Shown here in pieces: positions 41,280 to 63,695 of a stretch of 64,000 nt of DNA. Both the position numbers and the translations under genes were made by a program. The stretch is from assembly GCF_009914755.1 (NCBI RefSeq), contig NC_060943.1; one strand, given 5' to 3'. How positions within the stretch are numbered: the stretch's first letter is position 1; each line of letters opens with the position of its first letter. Below the pieces are notes generated by a model that was given only the letters and a program-made list of their open reading frames with translations, searched no databases and was not told the origin of the DNA. Source of the DNA: the human T2T-CHM13v2.0 reference genome, Homo sapiens.

Positions 41280-41386
41280 TGAGTGAGGATAAGGAACCTG
41301 CCTGATGAGGGACTGAGAAGAGAGAAGCTGGCAAAAGAAATAGCAAGTGCAATGAACCAGACGTGAGAATGAACTTGAAGTGGTCA

Positions 41387-41815
<429 letters not shown>

Positions 41816-42160
41816 TTAAGAACCTCCTCTTCCAGGAAGCCCTTCTTGACTGCATCAACTAGGTTTTCCCATCCCAGCCCTGTTCCCACTAGGTTGTTGC
41901 TCTTGGGGCACTGGCCTATCTGCTCCGCTGGCCTGTGAGCCCTCTGACGGCCAGGCCAGTCACCACTATGTCCTCAGCATCACCTAGCACAGGCCTGAGC
42001 ACACAGGAGGTGGTCGGTAAATGCCCAGGTCATTCTGGCACTGCCAGCAAGCCCCAAGAAGCATCCCTTGCTCTGCCTCCCCGCCGCCCACCTCTGTTCC
42101 TGGGCGTAGCACCAGGGATTCCTGAGTTCCCCGTTTGGCCATTCACACTGGTTTCAGCCT

Positions 42161-42385
42161 AGCCTCTTTCATCCCATCCTCAAAGGCCCATGTGGGGAGG
42201 AGGCCGGGATCCAGCCGCCTCTGATGGGCTGCAGGCCGGAGGTGAAGGCTCTGAAGTGGGCAGATCAAACGCCATGTGGGTTGGGCCGCCGTTGGGGAGG
42301 CTGAGAGGAGACGCAGGTTCCCAGGCATGAGTGTGCAGGGTGGAGAACAGGAGAGCCAGGCCAGATGGGGACCAGCAAAGGGGCC
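42161..42385 (-). repeat. Right arm of non-Alu inverted duplication
   Basis: Same alignment; the ORF track shows matching peptides on opposite strands. Confidence 0.95.
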
Positions 42386-42454
42386 CATATGTTCACCCGT
42401 CTTTATAATAACACAGCTTCCAATTGTTGATTCATTACGGCCAGGTACAGGGTT

Positions 42455-42495
<41 letters not shown>

Positions 42496-42771
42496 AGACA
42501 GGGTCTCACTCTGTCACCCAGACTGGAGTGCTGTGGTGACATCATGGCTCACTACAGGCGTGTGCTACCATGCCTGGTTTATTATTTTTAAAAATGTTTT
42601 GTAGGCTGGGTATGGTGGCTCAAGCCTGTAATCCCAGCACTTTGGGACGCTGAGGCGGACGGATCACCTGAGGTCAGGAGTTCAAGACCAGCATGGCCAA
42701 CATGGTGAAACTCCATCTCTACTAAAAATACAATAATTAGCCGGGTGTGGTGGCAGGCACCTGGAGTCTCA

Positions 42772-42927
<156 letters not shown>

Positions 42928-43959
42928 TCACCCAGGCTGGAGTGGAGGCACCGTTGTAGCTCAATCCAGCCTCGAACTGCTGAGCTCAAGTGATCCTCCC
43001 ACCTCAGCCTCCCAAAGTGCTGAGATTATGGGTATGAGCCACCATGCCCAGCTAAAAGTCAATTCTTTTGATAGAAAGGTCAGAAGAGCAGAGAAGATCA
43101 AACAGCTGGTTCATGTGCTGATGGGAATGATCTGGATTTCTAGATTCCAGAAGAGAAGCAAGAGAGGAAAGTGGCTGGATTGTTGTCGTTGAGTAAGCAA
43201 GAGGGGAACCATCCCTAGGCTCAAGAGAAGAGGTCTTGAGAAAGAGTATATGGCAGCCAGGCGCGGTGGCTCACACCTGTAATCCAAGTACTTTGGGAGG
43301 CCGAGGCGGGCGGATCACGAGGTCAGGAGATCGAGACCATCCTGGCTAACATGGTGAAGCCCTGTCTCTACAAAAAAAAAAATTACAAAATATTAGCCAG
43401 GTGTGGTGGCAGGCACCTGTAATCTCAGCAACTCAGGAGGCTGAGGCAGGAGAATTGCTTGAACCTGGAAGGTGGAGGTTGCAGTGAGCCGAGATCACGC
43501 CATTGCACTCCAGCCTGGGCTACAAGAGTGAGATTCCGTCTCAAAAAAAAAAAAAAAGAAAGAAAGAAAGAAAGAGTATAAGGCACTCTGAGAGGCTGAG
43601 GCGGGCGGATCACTTGAGGCCAGGAGTTCGAGACTAGCCTGGCCATCATGGCGAAACCCCATCTCTACTAAAAATATAAAAATTAGCTGCTTGTGGTGGT
43701 GCGTGCCTATAGTCCCAGCTACTCTGAGGCACGAGAATCACTTGAATCCAGGAGACAGAGGTTGCTGTGAGTAGAGATCACACCACTCCACTCCAGCCTG
43801 GGTGACAGAAAAAAAAAAAAGAAAGAAAGAGTGTATAAGGCTGGACACAGTGGCTTATGCCTCTAATCCCAGCACTTTGGGAGGCGGAGGCTTTCAAATC
43901 ACTTGAGGCCAGGGGTTTGCGACCAGCCTGGCCAACATAGTGAGACCTCACGTCCACTA

Positions 43960-44283
<324 letters not shown>

Positions 44284-44534
44284 CTAACCCAAATCTCATG
44301 TAGAATTGCAATACTCAGCCAGGTGCGGTGGCTCACGCTTGTAATCCCAGCACTTTGGGAGGCCGAGGCGGGTGGATCGCAAGGTCAGGAGTTCAAGACA
44401 AGCCTGGCCAAGATGGTGAAACCCCGTCTCTACTAAAAATATATAAATTAGCTGGGTGTGGTGGCACGTGCTTGTAATCCCAGCTACTCAGGAGGCTGAG
44501 GCAGAGAATTGCTTGAACCCGGGAGGCAGAGGAA

Positions 44535-45008
44535 ACGCACAAAGCAAGGCAGCAAAAGCAGAGATCTATTTTAAAGGAAAGCACACTTCACAGGGTGGGA
44601 GTGGACTCAAGCTAGCAGCTGAAAAGTGTCCGTTACAGAATTTTTGGGGATTTGAATACCCTCTGGAAGTTTCCCATTGGCCTGTGACCAGTCTGATTGG
44701 TTGTAGGAGAGGACCAATTCGAATGAAGAGTAGGCCTGTAACCAGTCTGATTGGTTGTGGGAGAGGACCAATTAGAATGATGCATAGGCCCGCAGCCAGT
44801 CTGATTGGTTGCAGGAGGGGGCCAATCAGAATGAAGAGTAGGCTCAGGACCAGTCTGATTGGTTACAGGAGGGGACCACTCAGAGGTACTTTCATTTTTC
44901 AACAGCCATGCAGAAAAAGGAGGGTTTGAAAGGGGAGTAGCCTCTGATATCCAGTCATCATGAATTGGCCTTAGGCTCTCTGGCTCCAGACCCTATTCTC
45001 CTGCCTCA
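44535..45008 (-). mobile_element. ERV1 LTR, MER51-like, with internal 54-bp CCAAT repeat
   Basis: Minus strand begins TGAGGCAGGAGAATAGGGTCTGGAG; repeated ctgattggtt/ccaatcag motifs. Confidence 0.75.
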
Positions 45009-45009
45009 G

Positions 45010-45573
<564 letters not shown>

Positions 45574-46142
45574 TCACCCTTGTAATCCCAGCACTTTGGG
45601 AGGCCGAGGCAGGCGGATCACCTGAGGTCAGGAGTTCAAGACCAGCCTGGCCAACATGGAGAAACCCCGTCTCTACTAAAATACAAAAAAAAATCAGCTG
45701 GGTGTAGTAGTGGTGGGCGTCTGTAATCCCAGCTATTCAGGAGGCGAGACTGAGGCAGGAGAATCACTTGAACCCGGGAGGCAGAGGTTGCAGTGGGCCG
45801 TGATCACGGCACTGCACTCCAGGCTGGGTGACAGAGCGAGACTTCGTCTCAAAAAAAAAAAAAAACAAAAAAAGCCAGTCACAGTCTGCATGGAACAGAG
45901 GAAGAGCGGGTGGAAGATGAGGTCAGACAGAGAACAGGGAGCTGGTGAGTCATGGTGAAGATGTTGTCTTTTAGTGAGTGTGGCAGGAGCCACAGAAGGG
46001 ATTTGAGGAGGAGAATGACATCATGTCACTTCTGTCAAAGGATTCTGCTGCCATATGGGGACCTTTCTGTTGGGGACAAGGGCAGAAGCAGCGAGGAGGT
46101 GACTGCAATTTTCCAGGTGAGAAATGATCATGGCTAGACTAG

Positions 46143-46436
<294 letters not shown>

Positions 46437-47290
46437 TAGGCCTCCCAAAGTACTGGGATTACAGGCGTGAGCCACGGCGTCCAGCCTTTGGGGGGTCCGA
46501 CTTCGGGTGCATTTTGAAGGTCAACAGGATTTCCCCTGGATGGGATGTGGGGTGTGAAAGCAGAGAGGAGTCATGAGCCCTTTCTAAGTTTCCAGACAGC
46601 ATGCTTGAACACACGATGGTTTCTCTGGGGCTCAAGGACATTAGGCTACTCCTGGCCCTTAGCGTGTAGCTGTACACAGGAAGTGTCCTGCTGTGCTGTA
46701 TTAATTAAAGTGGATGTTGTCAGCCGAGTTGGAGACATCCCGGGGGAGGAAAGGCCGGGCTGACCCTGGTTAACTTCAGGCAGGTGTCAGGCATGCAGCG
46801 AATGTCATCTTCCGCCTCTCATTCTCCCTCTGGGCTGGGCCTGCCTCTTCTTTCCCCAGCTAGCAAATAAATCATCTCTCCCATCTCCACCTGGAATTCA
46901 TTCTCACTCATGTTTAATGAGGCTACCACACCCTTCTGCCAGGTGTGTCTTCACCCAGGTCGCTGATAACTACAAATAGGTTATATTTCAACTCTTTTGA
47001 GTATGCTGTGAGGTAGAGATCCAATTTCCTGCTGCGTGTGCAGAACAGAAGACAACTGTCTCAAACAAAAAGAAAAACCAAAACAATTATTTTAGGCCTG
47101 GCGCAGTGGCTCACACCTGTAATCCCAGCACTTTGGGAGGCTGAGGCAGGAGGCCGAGCTGGAGCTCAGTAGTTCGAGACCAGCCTGCGCAACATAGGGA
47201 GACCCCTGTCTCTGCTAAAAATTTTAAAAATCAGCCTAGCGTGGTGGTGCACGCCTGTAGTCCCAGCTACTAGTGAGACTGAGGCAGGAG

Positions 47291-48409
47291 TGATGGCAGT
47301 GGCTGCTGTCATTACACCGGCTGCAGCAGGGAGGTGCGGCTGGGGCTACACACTCCATGGAGCCGGTGGAAGCCCTGCCCCTTCTGAGCTGTGGTGGGAG
47401 TTCCCCAGATGCCACTGCAGCCGCCCAAACCGCCACTGTGGATTGAGCCTTCCTGTGCTCTTGCAGGGGCCAGAAGTAGGTAGGGTCTGCCCTCCCGGGT
47501 GCAGCTGCAGCTGCCCCCATGGCTGCCAACCTAGGCCTCCAGCTCCACAGAGTGAGCAAGAGCCGGGGACAAGTGGGAGCCCCACCCCTTCCGAGTTGGC
47601 AGGGCAGGAGCTCCCCGGATGCAGCTGTGGCCGCCCTCTGAGGCTGAGGACCTGGGCCTCTCTGCAGCCTGCACTCTCAGAGGCCGGGAAGGCCCCCCCA
47701 ATCTCTGCAGACTGCTGGGTGTCTTCTCCTGCTGCCTGGCCTCTCTTCTCTCCCAGCGCCAGCTCTGATCTGGGATCGGGGTTGGGGTCCAGTCCTGGGG
47801 CCATGAATGGCAGCAGGAGGCAGACGGATTCCTGGGCAGAAGTTGGTGGGGGGTCCCTAGTAAGGCCCCACCTTCTTGCCAGGGAGGGCCTGAAGGCTGG
47901 GGGCCAGGCTGCCAACCCCACAGACAAGAGTGGGGACTTGTACCTCCTCTGGGCCCACGCATGGCAGCCCATGGACCAACCAGCACGTACTTCCTCCTCT
48001 CTGAGGTCCATAAAAGCCCCAGGCTCCACCAGAGCAGGGCAGAGGGCAGAGGACAGAGAGACAATGGGATTACCACCTGCACAGAGGAGCTACCCTCTCT
48101 ACTGAGAGCTTCAGAGACCTGCAGAGACGCCTACATGACCTGCCTGCCGAGAGGAACCACCCTCTTCAGGGCCTCATCTCTGCTGAGAGCTGAACACTCG
48201 ATGGGGTGACCTGCCTACTGAGAGGAGCTGCCCACTGACGGTCTCCTCTGAGCTGTTCTAAGACTAAATAAAGCTCCTATTCATCTTCTTCACCCTTCAC
48301 TTGTCTGTGTACCTCATTCTTCCTGGACACAGGACAAGAACTTGGGCAAAGGCACTGCAGCCACAGAGGTTTCTGGCCAGAAAAGCAACACCCCAAAGAT
48401 CCCGTAACA
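47291..48409 (+). mobile_element. Solo ERV1 LTR, MER52-like, inserted inside an Alu
   Basis: TG...CA ends (TGATGGCAG...GATCCCGTAACA); 4-bp TSD ggag (47287-47290, 48410-48413); TATA-like cataaaa at 48009; AATAAA 48267-48272. Confidence 0.85.
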
Positions 48410-48555
48410 GGAGGATCACTTGAGCCCAGGAGGCGGAGGCTGCAGTGAGCTGAGATTGCACCACTGCACTCCAGCCTGAGTGACAGAGCAAGGCCCCAAC
48501 TAAAAAACAAAAAACAAAAAAAGCCCAGATATTTTATAATAAAAAAAAAATTTTA

Positions 48556-48900
<345 letters not shown>

Positions 48901-49201
48901 CTAGAAATCTGGGTTCCAGTCTCATCTGCTCATTGTGTGTCCTTGGGCAAATGATCTTCCTTATCTACAAAGAGGAGATAATACTCAGAATTGCAATGCT
49001 AATACCAAGAGCCACTTCACAGCGTCATTACAAGATTAAATGGGATTATGCCTTTAAAGCCTTGGAAGCTGCTGGGCCTAGAGCAGGAGCTCCCCCTAAC
49101 AGTTCAGAAGCTTCCTTGAGGCTGGGCTCGGTGGCTTACACCTGTAATTCCAGCACTTTCGGAGGCAGAGGTGAGCAGATCACTTGAGCCCAAGAGGTTG
49201 A

Positions 49202-49482
<281 letters not shown>

Positions 49483-49915
49483 TGATCTGCCCACCTCGGC
49501 CTCCCAATGTACTGGGATTACAGGCGTGAGCCACCGCGCCCGGCCTTGAAACCACCATTTCTACAAAAAACACAAAAAATTAGCCAGACTTGGTGGCATA
49601 CACCTGTAATCCCAGCTACCCAGGAGACTGAGGTGGGAGAATCACCCAAGCCTGGGAATTCAAGGCTGAAATGAGCCATGATAGTGCCACTGCAGTCCAG
49701 CCTGGGCAACAGAGTGAGACCCTGTCTCAAAAAACAAATAAAACCGCCAGGCACGGTGGCTCACACCTGTAATCCCAGCACTTTGGGAGGCCGAGGTGGG
49801 CGGATCACGAGGTCAGGAGATGGAGACCATCCTGGCCAACATGGTGAAACCCCATCTCTACTAAAAATTCAAAGAATTAGCTGGGCATGGTGGCACGTGC
49901 CTGTAATCCCAGCTA

Positions 49916-50352
<437 letters not shown>

Positions 50353-51125
50353 TTAGTGCAGTTGCACCAGGGTTGCAAACACATGGCCTGAGGGCTCCAT
50401 CCAGCCACCACATTTCGTTTGCCACCCCAGAGTATTTTTAAGTTTTTTGGTTTGTTTTTTTTTTGAGATGGAGTCTCGCTCTTGTCACGCAGGCTGGAGT
50501 GCAGTGGCACGATCTCAGCTCACTGCGGCCTCTGCTTCAGCCTCCCAAGTAGCTGAGATTACAGGCGTGCACCACCATGCCCGGCTAACTTTTTTATTTT
50601 TAGTAGAGATGGGGTTTCACCATGCTGGCCAGGCTGACCTCAGATGATCCGCCTGCCTCGGCCCCCCAAAGTGCTTGGATTACAGGCATGAGCTACCACG
50701 TCTGGCCCCCATGTCTTAAAAGAAAATAAAAGACAGGTGATCTCCACTCCACAGGCTCCACCACCCGCGTGGTCTTAAGGGCACCAACTTGAGTGGCTGT
50801 CACTCTCAGCTGACTGAGACTTACTCTTGCTTCCCATTTCACTGAGAAGAAGGAAGTCATTGGAGTAGGGACTTTTGGGAACTCCCCACACCAACACCAC
50901 CACCACCTGCCTTGGCGCCCACGCACCCCTTCCTCCCAGATGCCTCTCGTGTGCTTGGATAATCCCAGCTGCGCCTTCCATCCCTCTCCCATCTCTTTCC
51001 TGCATCTTCCGGTTTCCCCTTGTCTGTTGCATCATCCCCATCAGCATAAAACTGATGATTTGAGCTGAGCGCGGTGGCTCACACTTGTAATCACAGCACT
51101 TTGGGAGGCTGAGGCGGGCGGATCA

Positions 51126-51404
<279 letters not shown>

Positions 51405-51463
51405 TCACACCCCCCTCTAGCGACTATTTCTCTTCTCCCTTTATAGCAAAACTTCCTCTAAGG

Positions 51464-53056
<1,593 letters not shown>

Positions 53057-53268
53057 TCACTGCAACCTCCACCTATGGGTTCACACCATTCTCCTGCCTC
53101 AGCCTCCCAAGTAGGTGGGACTACAGGTGCCCACCACCACATCTGGCTAACTTTTGTATTTTGTATCTCTTCCTGAAACACCTGTGCAGACACAAACAGA
53201 AATAATGTTTTACCAGCTATGTGGGCACCCCTTAACCCAATCAAGTTGACACATACAATAAACCATCA

Positions 53269-54243
<975 letters not shown>

Positions 54244-54597
54244 CTAATGCCATCAACAAAGATACTTTTATATATATACACACATATAGATATGTATATA
54301 TATATGTATAGCATAGTTATCAAATTTAGGAGATTAAATACTGATGTATTACATTTTATTTAATATGAAATCTATGATAAGAGGAAGAAATCATACACAC
54401 AGTTGACAGTTCAGATTTATAAAAAGCATAAAATTAGCATAGATAAATTATTGATGACTAATGACACTAGCTATAAGTTTCTACTGTAGAATACGTCACA
54501 CCGTGAATGTGGGTCATTTTTTCCGCCACTAGACTGAGTCATTGAGCACAGAAGATACATCAATTTTATGTGTTAGCAACATGTACAATTCTTTTTT

Positions 54598-54727
54598 TTT
54601 CTTTATTTCTTCTAAAAAAAAAACAGGATACATGTACAGAACGTGCAGGTTTGTCACGTAGGTATATGTGTGCCATGGTGGTTTGCTGCACCTGTTGGCC
54701 TGTCCTCAAAGTTCCCTCCACTCACCC
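54598..54727 (-). mobile_element. L1PA-type 3' end fragment
   Basis: gatacatgtacagaacgtgcaggtttgtcacgtaggtatatgtgtgccatggtggtttgctgcacc. Confidence 0.75.
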
Positions 54728-55211
54728 GATCCTTTTTTCTTTTTTTTTTTTTTTTTTTGAGATAGGGTCTCGCTCTGTCTCCCAGGCTAGAGTGCAGTGG
54801 TGTGATCACAGCTCACTGCAGCCTCGCGTCCAACTCTTGGGCTCAAATGATCCTCCCACCTCAGCCTCCCAAGTAGCTGGGATTACAGGCAGGAGCCACC
54901 ATGCTTGGCTAGTTGAATTTAATTTTTATTTATTTATTTATTTTTTTTTTCATAGAGACAGGGCCTTGCTATTTTACTCACGCTGGTCTCAAACTCCTCG
55001 GCTCAAATGATCCTCCTGCCTCAGCCTCCCAAATCTGGGATTAGACGTGAGCCACTATGCCCAGCCCAGAGCATTTTTATCACCCAAAAATGAAACTCCA
55101 CAAACATTAAGTAAACACTCCCTGCTCTCCTCTTCCCCCAGCCTCGGGCAACCACTAATCTACCATCTGTCTCTGTGCTGTACATTTCATGTGAATGGAA
55201 TTCTGTGCTAG

Positions 55212-55598
<387 letters not shown>

Positions 55599-55887
55599 TG
55601 AGCCACCGCGCCTGGCTGAGTTCTGTACTTTTAAGCTTTTCTCTTGACATAAAATTCAGACGCGAAATGCAGTTTCCGTGCAGTGAGGCACACAAACACC
55701 TTTGCTGTGGATTCCCCATTTCGCACATGGGAACAGATGCATTTTCCCAGGCAATTAAATACCAAGGACTTCCTGAAGACACTGAGTGTCCAGGCCACCG
55801 AGTTTGTCCTTGAGTAGCTGTAAACACCCTCACCCCCGGGTATCCAGGAATCTGCCCGATGCCCTGGTGGCCAGCTCCAGGCATTAA

Positions 55888-56409
<522 letters not shown>

Positions 56410-56541
56410 TTTTTTTTTTTTTTAATTTTTTTTTTTTTTTCAACCCATGTGGACCAGGTTGGCCTCGAACTCGTGCCCTCGAACCCTCGCCTCCCTGAGG
56501 GTCCGAGGGCCCGCGCAACCGGCTGGAGCCACAATGGCTCC
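56410..56541 (-). ncRNA. SNAR-E: snaR (small NF90/ILF3-associated RNA) family Pol III gene, SNAR-E-like, with A tail
   Basis: Minus strand GGAGCCATTGTGGCTCCAGCCGGTTGCG...GGGCACGAGTTCGAGGCCAACCTGGTCCACATGGGTTG-A(n) matches the snaR consensus; B box at 56472-56461. The subset letter is assigned from the locus position. Confidence 0.88.
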
Positions 56542-57459
56542 ACCTGTTTTCTTATCTACAAAACATCTGTTTTTATTTAATATACATCATTTTATTTAAT
56601 ATGGGAGGGAGAAGAACAGCAGAAATAGCTCCTTAAAGCCCCGTTCTACAGGATGTAGTGGGGAAGAGGGAAGCTCTGACGTTAGTCTCTCCCTTCATCC
56701 ATTTCTTTTATAAACTGCCTGCTCTATTTTTATAAACATTTTGTCCTGGATAAACCTTCCCAAAGGCCATAATATACAATGAAGAAAGACTAACAGAAAG
56801 CAAAACACTAAACCCTTCTTCCTGAAAAAAGATACCACATACAAAGTCAAAAGACAAAAGCAGCCTGGGGGGAATGTTTGTGACATGTATGACAGACTGT
56901 GGATCCACAATAAATAAAGAGCTACTACAAATAAACAAGAAAATGACAAACAGCACAGGAGGAAAATGGTCAAAAGGTTTGTACCAACACAGAAGAGGAA
57001 TATGAATGACTAGTAATGTTCGACCTCATTGGTAACCAGGCACAATAAAATAAACATAGTGAGATCGCACAGTAGCAAAGCTACATGGAAACAGGGGGTC
57101 TCCTCCTATGCTACCAGAGAGTAAAAATCAGCACAGCCCGTTTGGAGAGCAATTGGGGTGAACCTATCAAATGACCTGTTACAGATACATGTACCCTTCA
57201 GCCCAGAGATTCATTTCCAGGTACTTACCCTCCACATGTATGTGAAAATGCACGTGGGCAAAGACATTCTTTCATCTTCATTAGGAGGAGCCACGCAGGC
57301 CTGGTTAAGTAACATAGGATGCACCCACATAACGGGATTCCACACAGACTATACACAGAATCACCTCCAAGATGCACTGATAGCAAGCTGCAGAACCACA
57401 TACGGTGTGATCCTAAGACATCGAAAAAACCAGTTATATCCTCACAAGTACGTGCATGA

Positions 57460-57648
<189 letters not shown>

Positions 57649-57904
57649 TAATTTTTTGTATTTAGTAGAGATGTGGTTTCACCATGTTGGCCAGGCTGGT
57701 CCACCCACCTCGGCCTCCCAAAGTGCGGGGATTACAGATGTAAGCCACTGTGCCTGGCCTTATTTCTTTATTTTGAGATAGGGTTTGTTCTGTTGACCAG
57801 GCTGGAGTGCAGTAGCTAGATCTTGGCTCTCTGCAGCCTCAATACCTTGGGCTCAAGCAATCCTCCCATCTCAGCCTCCCAAGTAGCTGGGATCGCAGGT
57901 GTGA

Positions 57905-58150
<246 letters not shown>

Positions 58151-58270
58151 TAGGTTGTTTCCAGTTTTTGGTGAATAAAACCACTATAAACATTCGTGTG
58201 GCCAGGCATGGTGGCTCACGCCTGTAATCCCAGCACTTTGGGAGGCCGAGGTGGGCGGATCATGAGGTCA

Positions 58271-58522
<252 letters not shown>

Positions 58523-58643
58523 TTACAACTACAAGGTAAATGTCATTCATTCAGGTGTTTTGTAACATCTTTGTTGACATATATTTACATACCATTCAAT
58601 TCACTTATTTAAAATGTATACTTCGGCCAAGCGCGGTGGCTCA

Positions 58644-59406
<763 letters not shown>

Positions 59407-59620
59407 TCAAGAAAGAGAGAAAAAAAAAAGAAAGAAAAACAAGTAAAAAGGAGGCTGAAGCAGGAGGATTGCTCAAGGCCAGGAGTTTGAGACCAGCCTG
59501 AGCAACATAGCGAGACCCTGTCTCGAAGAAAAATAATTTTAAAATTGGCCAGGTTTAAAACAGGCACAGTGGTTCACGCCTGTAATCTCAGCACTTTGGG
59601 AGGCCGAGGCGGGCAGATCA

Positions 59621-60058
<438 letters not shown>

Positions 60059-60238
60059 CTATCATCTCCCTCCCATTTCCCCTGGGTTCTGACAACCCGT
60101 CATCATTTTCTGTCTCTCTGCACTTGCCTTTTCTGCATGTTTCCTATAATGGATCATTCAATATCCGGCCTTTTGTGTCTGGCTTCTTTCACTTAGCTTA
60201 ATGTTTTCCAGCTTCATCCATGTCAAGTGTTACAGTAG

Positions 60239-60477
<239 letters not shown>

Positions 60478-61629
60478 TGATCCGCCTGCCTCGGCCTCCA
60501 AAAGTGCTGGGATTACAGGCACGAGCCACTGCACCCAAGCTCTGCTCCCAATTCTTGACCTCTTACATCAGATTTGGCACAAAACTGTCCCATGCCCCAC
60601 ATATTAAATGATCCTATTTATATGAACTGCCCAGGCAAATCCAATAAGACACAAAGTGGAGTAGTGGTTGCCAGGTGCTAGGGGAATTGAGGGGTGATGG
60701 CTGAAGGATAAGGTTTCTTTTTGGGGTGATAAAAATATTCTAAAATGGGTTGTGATGATAGTTACCCAACTCTGTGAATATAACAAAAACCACTGAATTG
60801 TAATACCATAAATGGGTGAATTGTATGTATCCCAAAAAAGCTGTTACCACCATCCCCCAGGTTCTCCAAAATGAAACATCCTTCCCATAGCGGGCATCAG
60901 ACACAGAATAAACCCGAGCAGGCCCTGTGTGATCGGACTTCCCCTCCCATCCCCAGTCCCACTCTGAACCATCTCGAACCCCCTTCTGCTTACTCTGTTC
61001 CAGCCACACTGGCCTTCTTGCAAGTTCTGCCTCAGGGCCTTTGCACTTGCTGTTCCATCGGCTAGAATCCTCTCTCTGGTTAACTCGGCTAGCAGAGTGT
61101 GATTTTGACCTTAACAAAACCAATCTCCCCTCCCCTCCCCTCCCCTCTCCTTTCCTTTCCTTTCTTCTTTTGAGACAGGTTTCACCATGTTGGACAGACT
61201 GGTCTTGAACACCTGGGCTCAAGTGATCCGTCCACCTCGTTCTCCCAAAGTGTTGGGATTACAGGTGTGAACCATCATGCTCGGCCCAAATTCTTTTCTT
61301 TTCTTTTTTTTTTTTTTTTTTGGACAAAAAGAGTCTCACTCTGTCGCCCAGACTGGAGTACAGTGGCACTATCTCGGCTCACTGCAACCCAGCCTCCTGG
61401 GTTCAAGTGATTCTCATGCCTCAGCCTCCTGAGTAGCTGGGATTATCGGTGCCCAACACCACACTTGGCTAATTTTTGTACTTTTAGTAGAGATGGGGTT
61501 TTGTCACGTTGGCTAGGCTGGTCTTGAACTCCTGATCTCAAGTGATCTGCCACCTTGGCCTCCTAAAATGCTGGGATTATAGATGTGAGCCACTGCGCCC
61601 AGCCCCCAGTTCTTACATAGACACCATAT

Positions 61630-62100
61630 AAGTGGCAGGCAGAATAATAGCACGCCCTAAATGTCCACATCCTCATCTCCGGAACCTGTAGATGTGTTGT
61701 CTTACACAGTAAAAGGGACTTTACAGTTGTGATTACAGTCCGGGTCTTGATATGGGGAGATGATCCTAGATTATCCAGGTGGGACGAATGTAACCACAGG
61801 TGTCCTTATCAGTAAAAGCAAGCGGCAGGAAAATCAGTCAGAGCCAGAGAGAGAGAGACTGGAAGATGCTCCGCAGCTGGCTTGAAGGATGAAGGATAGG
61901 GTTACATGCCAAGAACAGGAGGCAACTTCTAGAGGCTGGAAAAGGCAGGGAAGGATTCTCTCCTAGATGGTCCAGACAGCTCTGCTGACAACTTGATTTT
62001 AGCCCACTGAAACCCATTTCAGATTTCATTGAGAATAAAATTGTGTTGTTTTAAGCCGCTAAGTTTGTGATAATTTGTTACAGCAGCAATAAAAAACTAA
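61630..62100 (+). mobile_element. MaLR LTR (MLT1-like)
   Basis: gtggcaggcagaataat...ctagaggctggaaaaggcagggaaggattctc...aagtttgtgataatttgttacagcagcaat. Confidence 0.7.
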
Positions 62101-62145
62101 CATGCTAGTTTATATTTATAAAAAGAGGCTGAGCACCATGGTTCA

Positions 62146-62406
<261 letters not shown>

Positions 62407-62837
62407 TCAAAAAGAAAGGAAGGAAGGAAGGAAAGAAACTGACAGGGGCCAGGGTGTTCTCAGCTTGCGAAGGATGCCAGGCATAGGTGTGGCCAGCAGC
62501 CCCCACACTCTGCTCTCAGTGGGCATCGGGGGCCCCTTAACTTCAGAGGGCCCTAGAAACACTCAGGGGTGGCTTCTATCATCACAATGGCCAGAAGGCC
62601 ACTTCTGGCACTTGGTGGGTGGAAGTCAAAAGTCCATCCACTTCTGGAGCAGCCTCACAATGAGGGATTGTCCTGGCCCAAATGCCAGCAGTGCTGTTGC
62701 CAAGAAACACAAATCATCAAGCCCAGTGCCTACATTTCCAACAACCACCGGGGCGAGCAGATAAAAATGAGGGTTCTGGAGCTACCCACCTGGCTTCAAA
62801 ACTGGCTCAAAACAAACCTGGCTTGGCTACTGACTAG

Positions 62838-63118
<281 letters not shown>

Positions 63119-63300
63119 TGAGCCGCTGCGCCCAGCCTGGTCAAGTCTTTTAATGTTCCTGAAACATTCCTGGAACAATGTTCTCACTTGGAAAATGGGG
63201 ATAATAACAGTCCTGTCCTTGGCCGGATAGAGTGGCTCACGCCTGTAATCCCAGAACTCTGGGAGGCCAAGGCAGGAAGATCACTTGAGCCAGGAGATCA

Positions 63301-63695
<395 letters not shown>

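Noticed and set aside
44456-44929. Repetitive ORF (SLIGCRRGPIRM)n, or a CRISPR-like array
   Set aside because: A 54-bp tandem repeat inside an LTR with no unique spacers, in eukaryotic context.
47236-48209. Long overlapping ORFs (271, 227, 183 aa) on both strands
   Set aside because: They lie in a GC-rich MER52-like LTR where stop codons are rare; no recognisable protein similarity.
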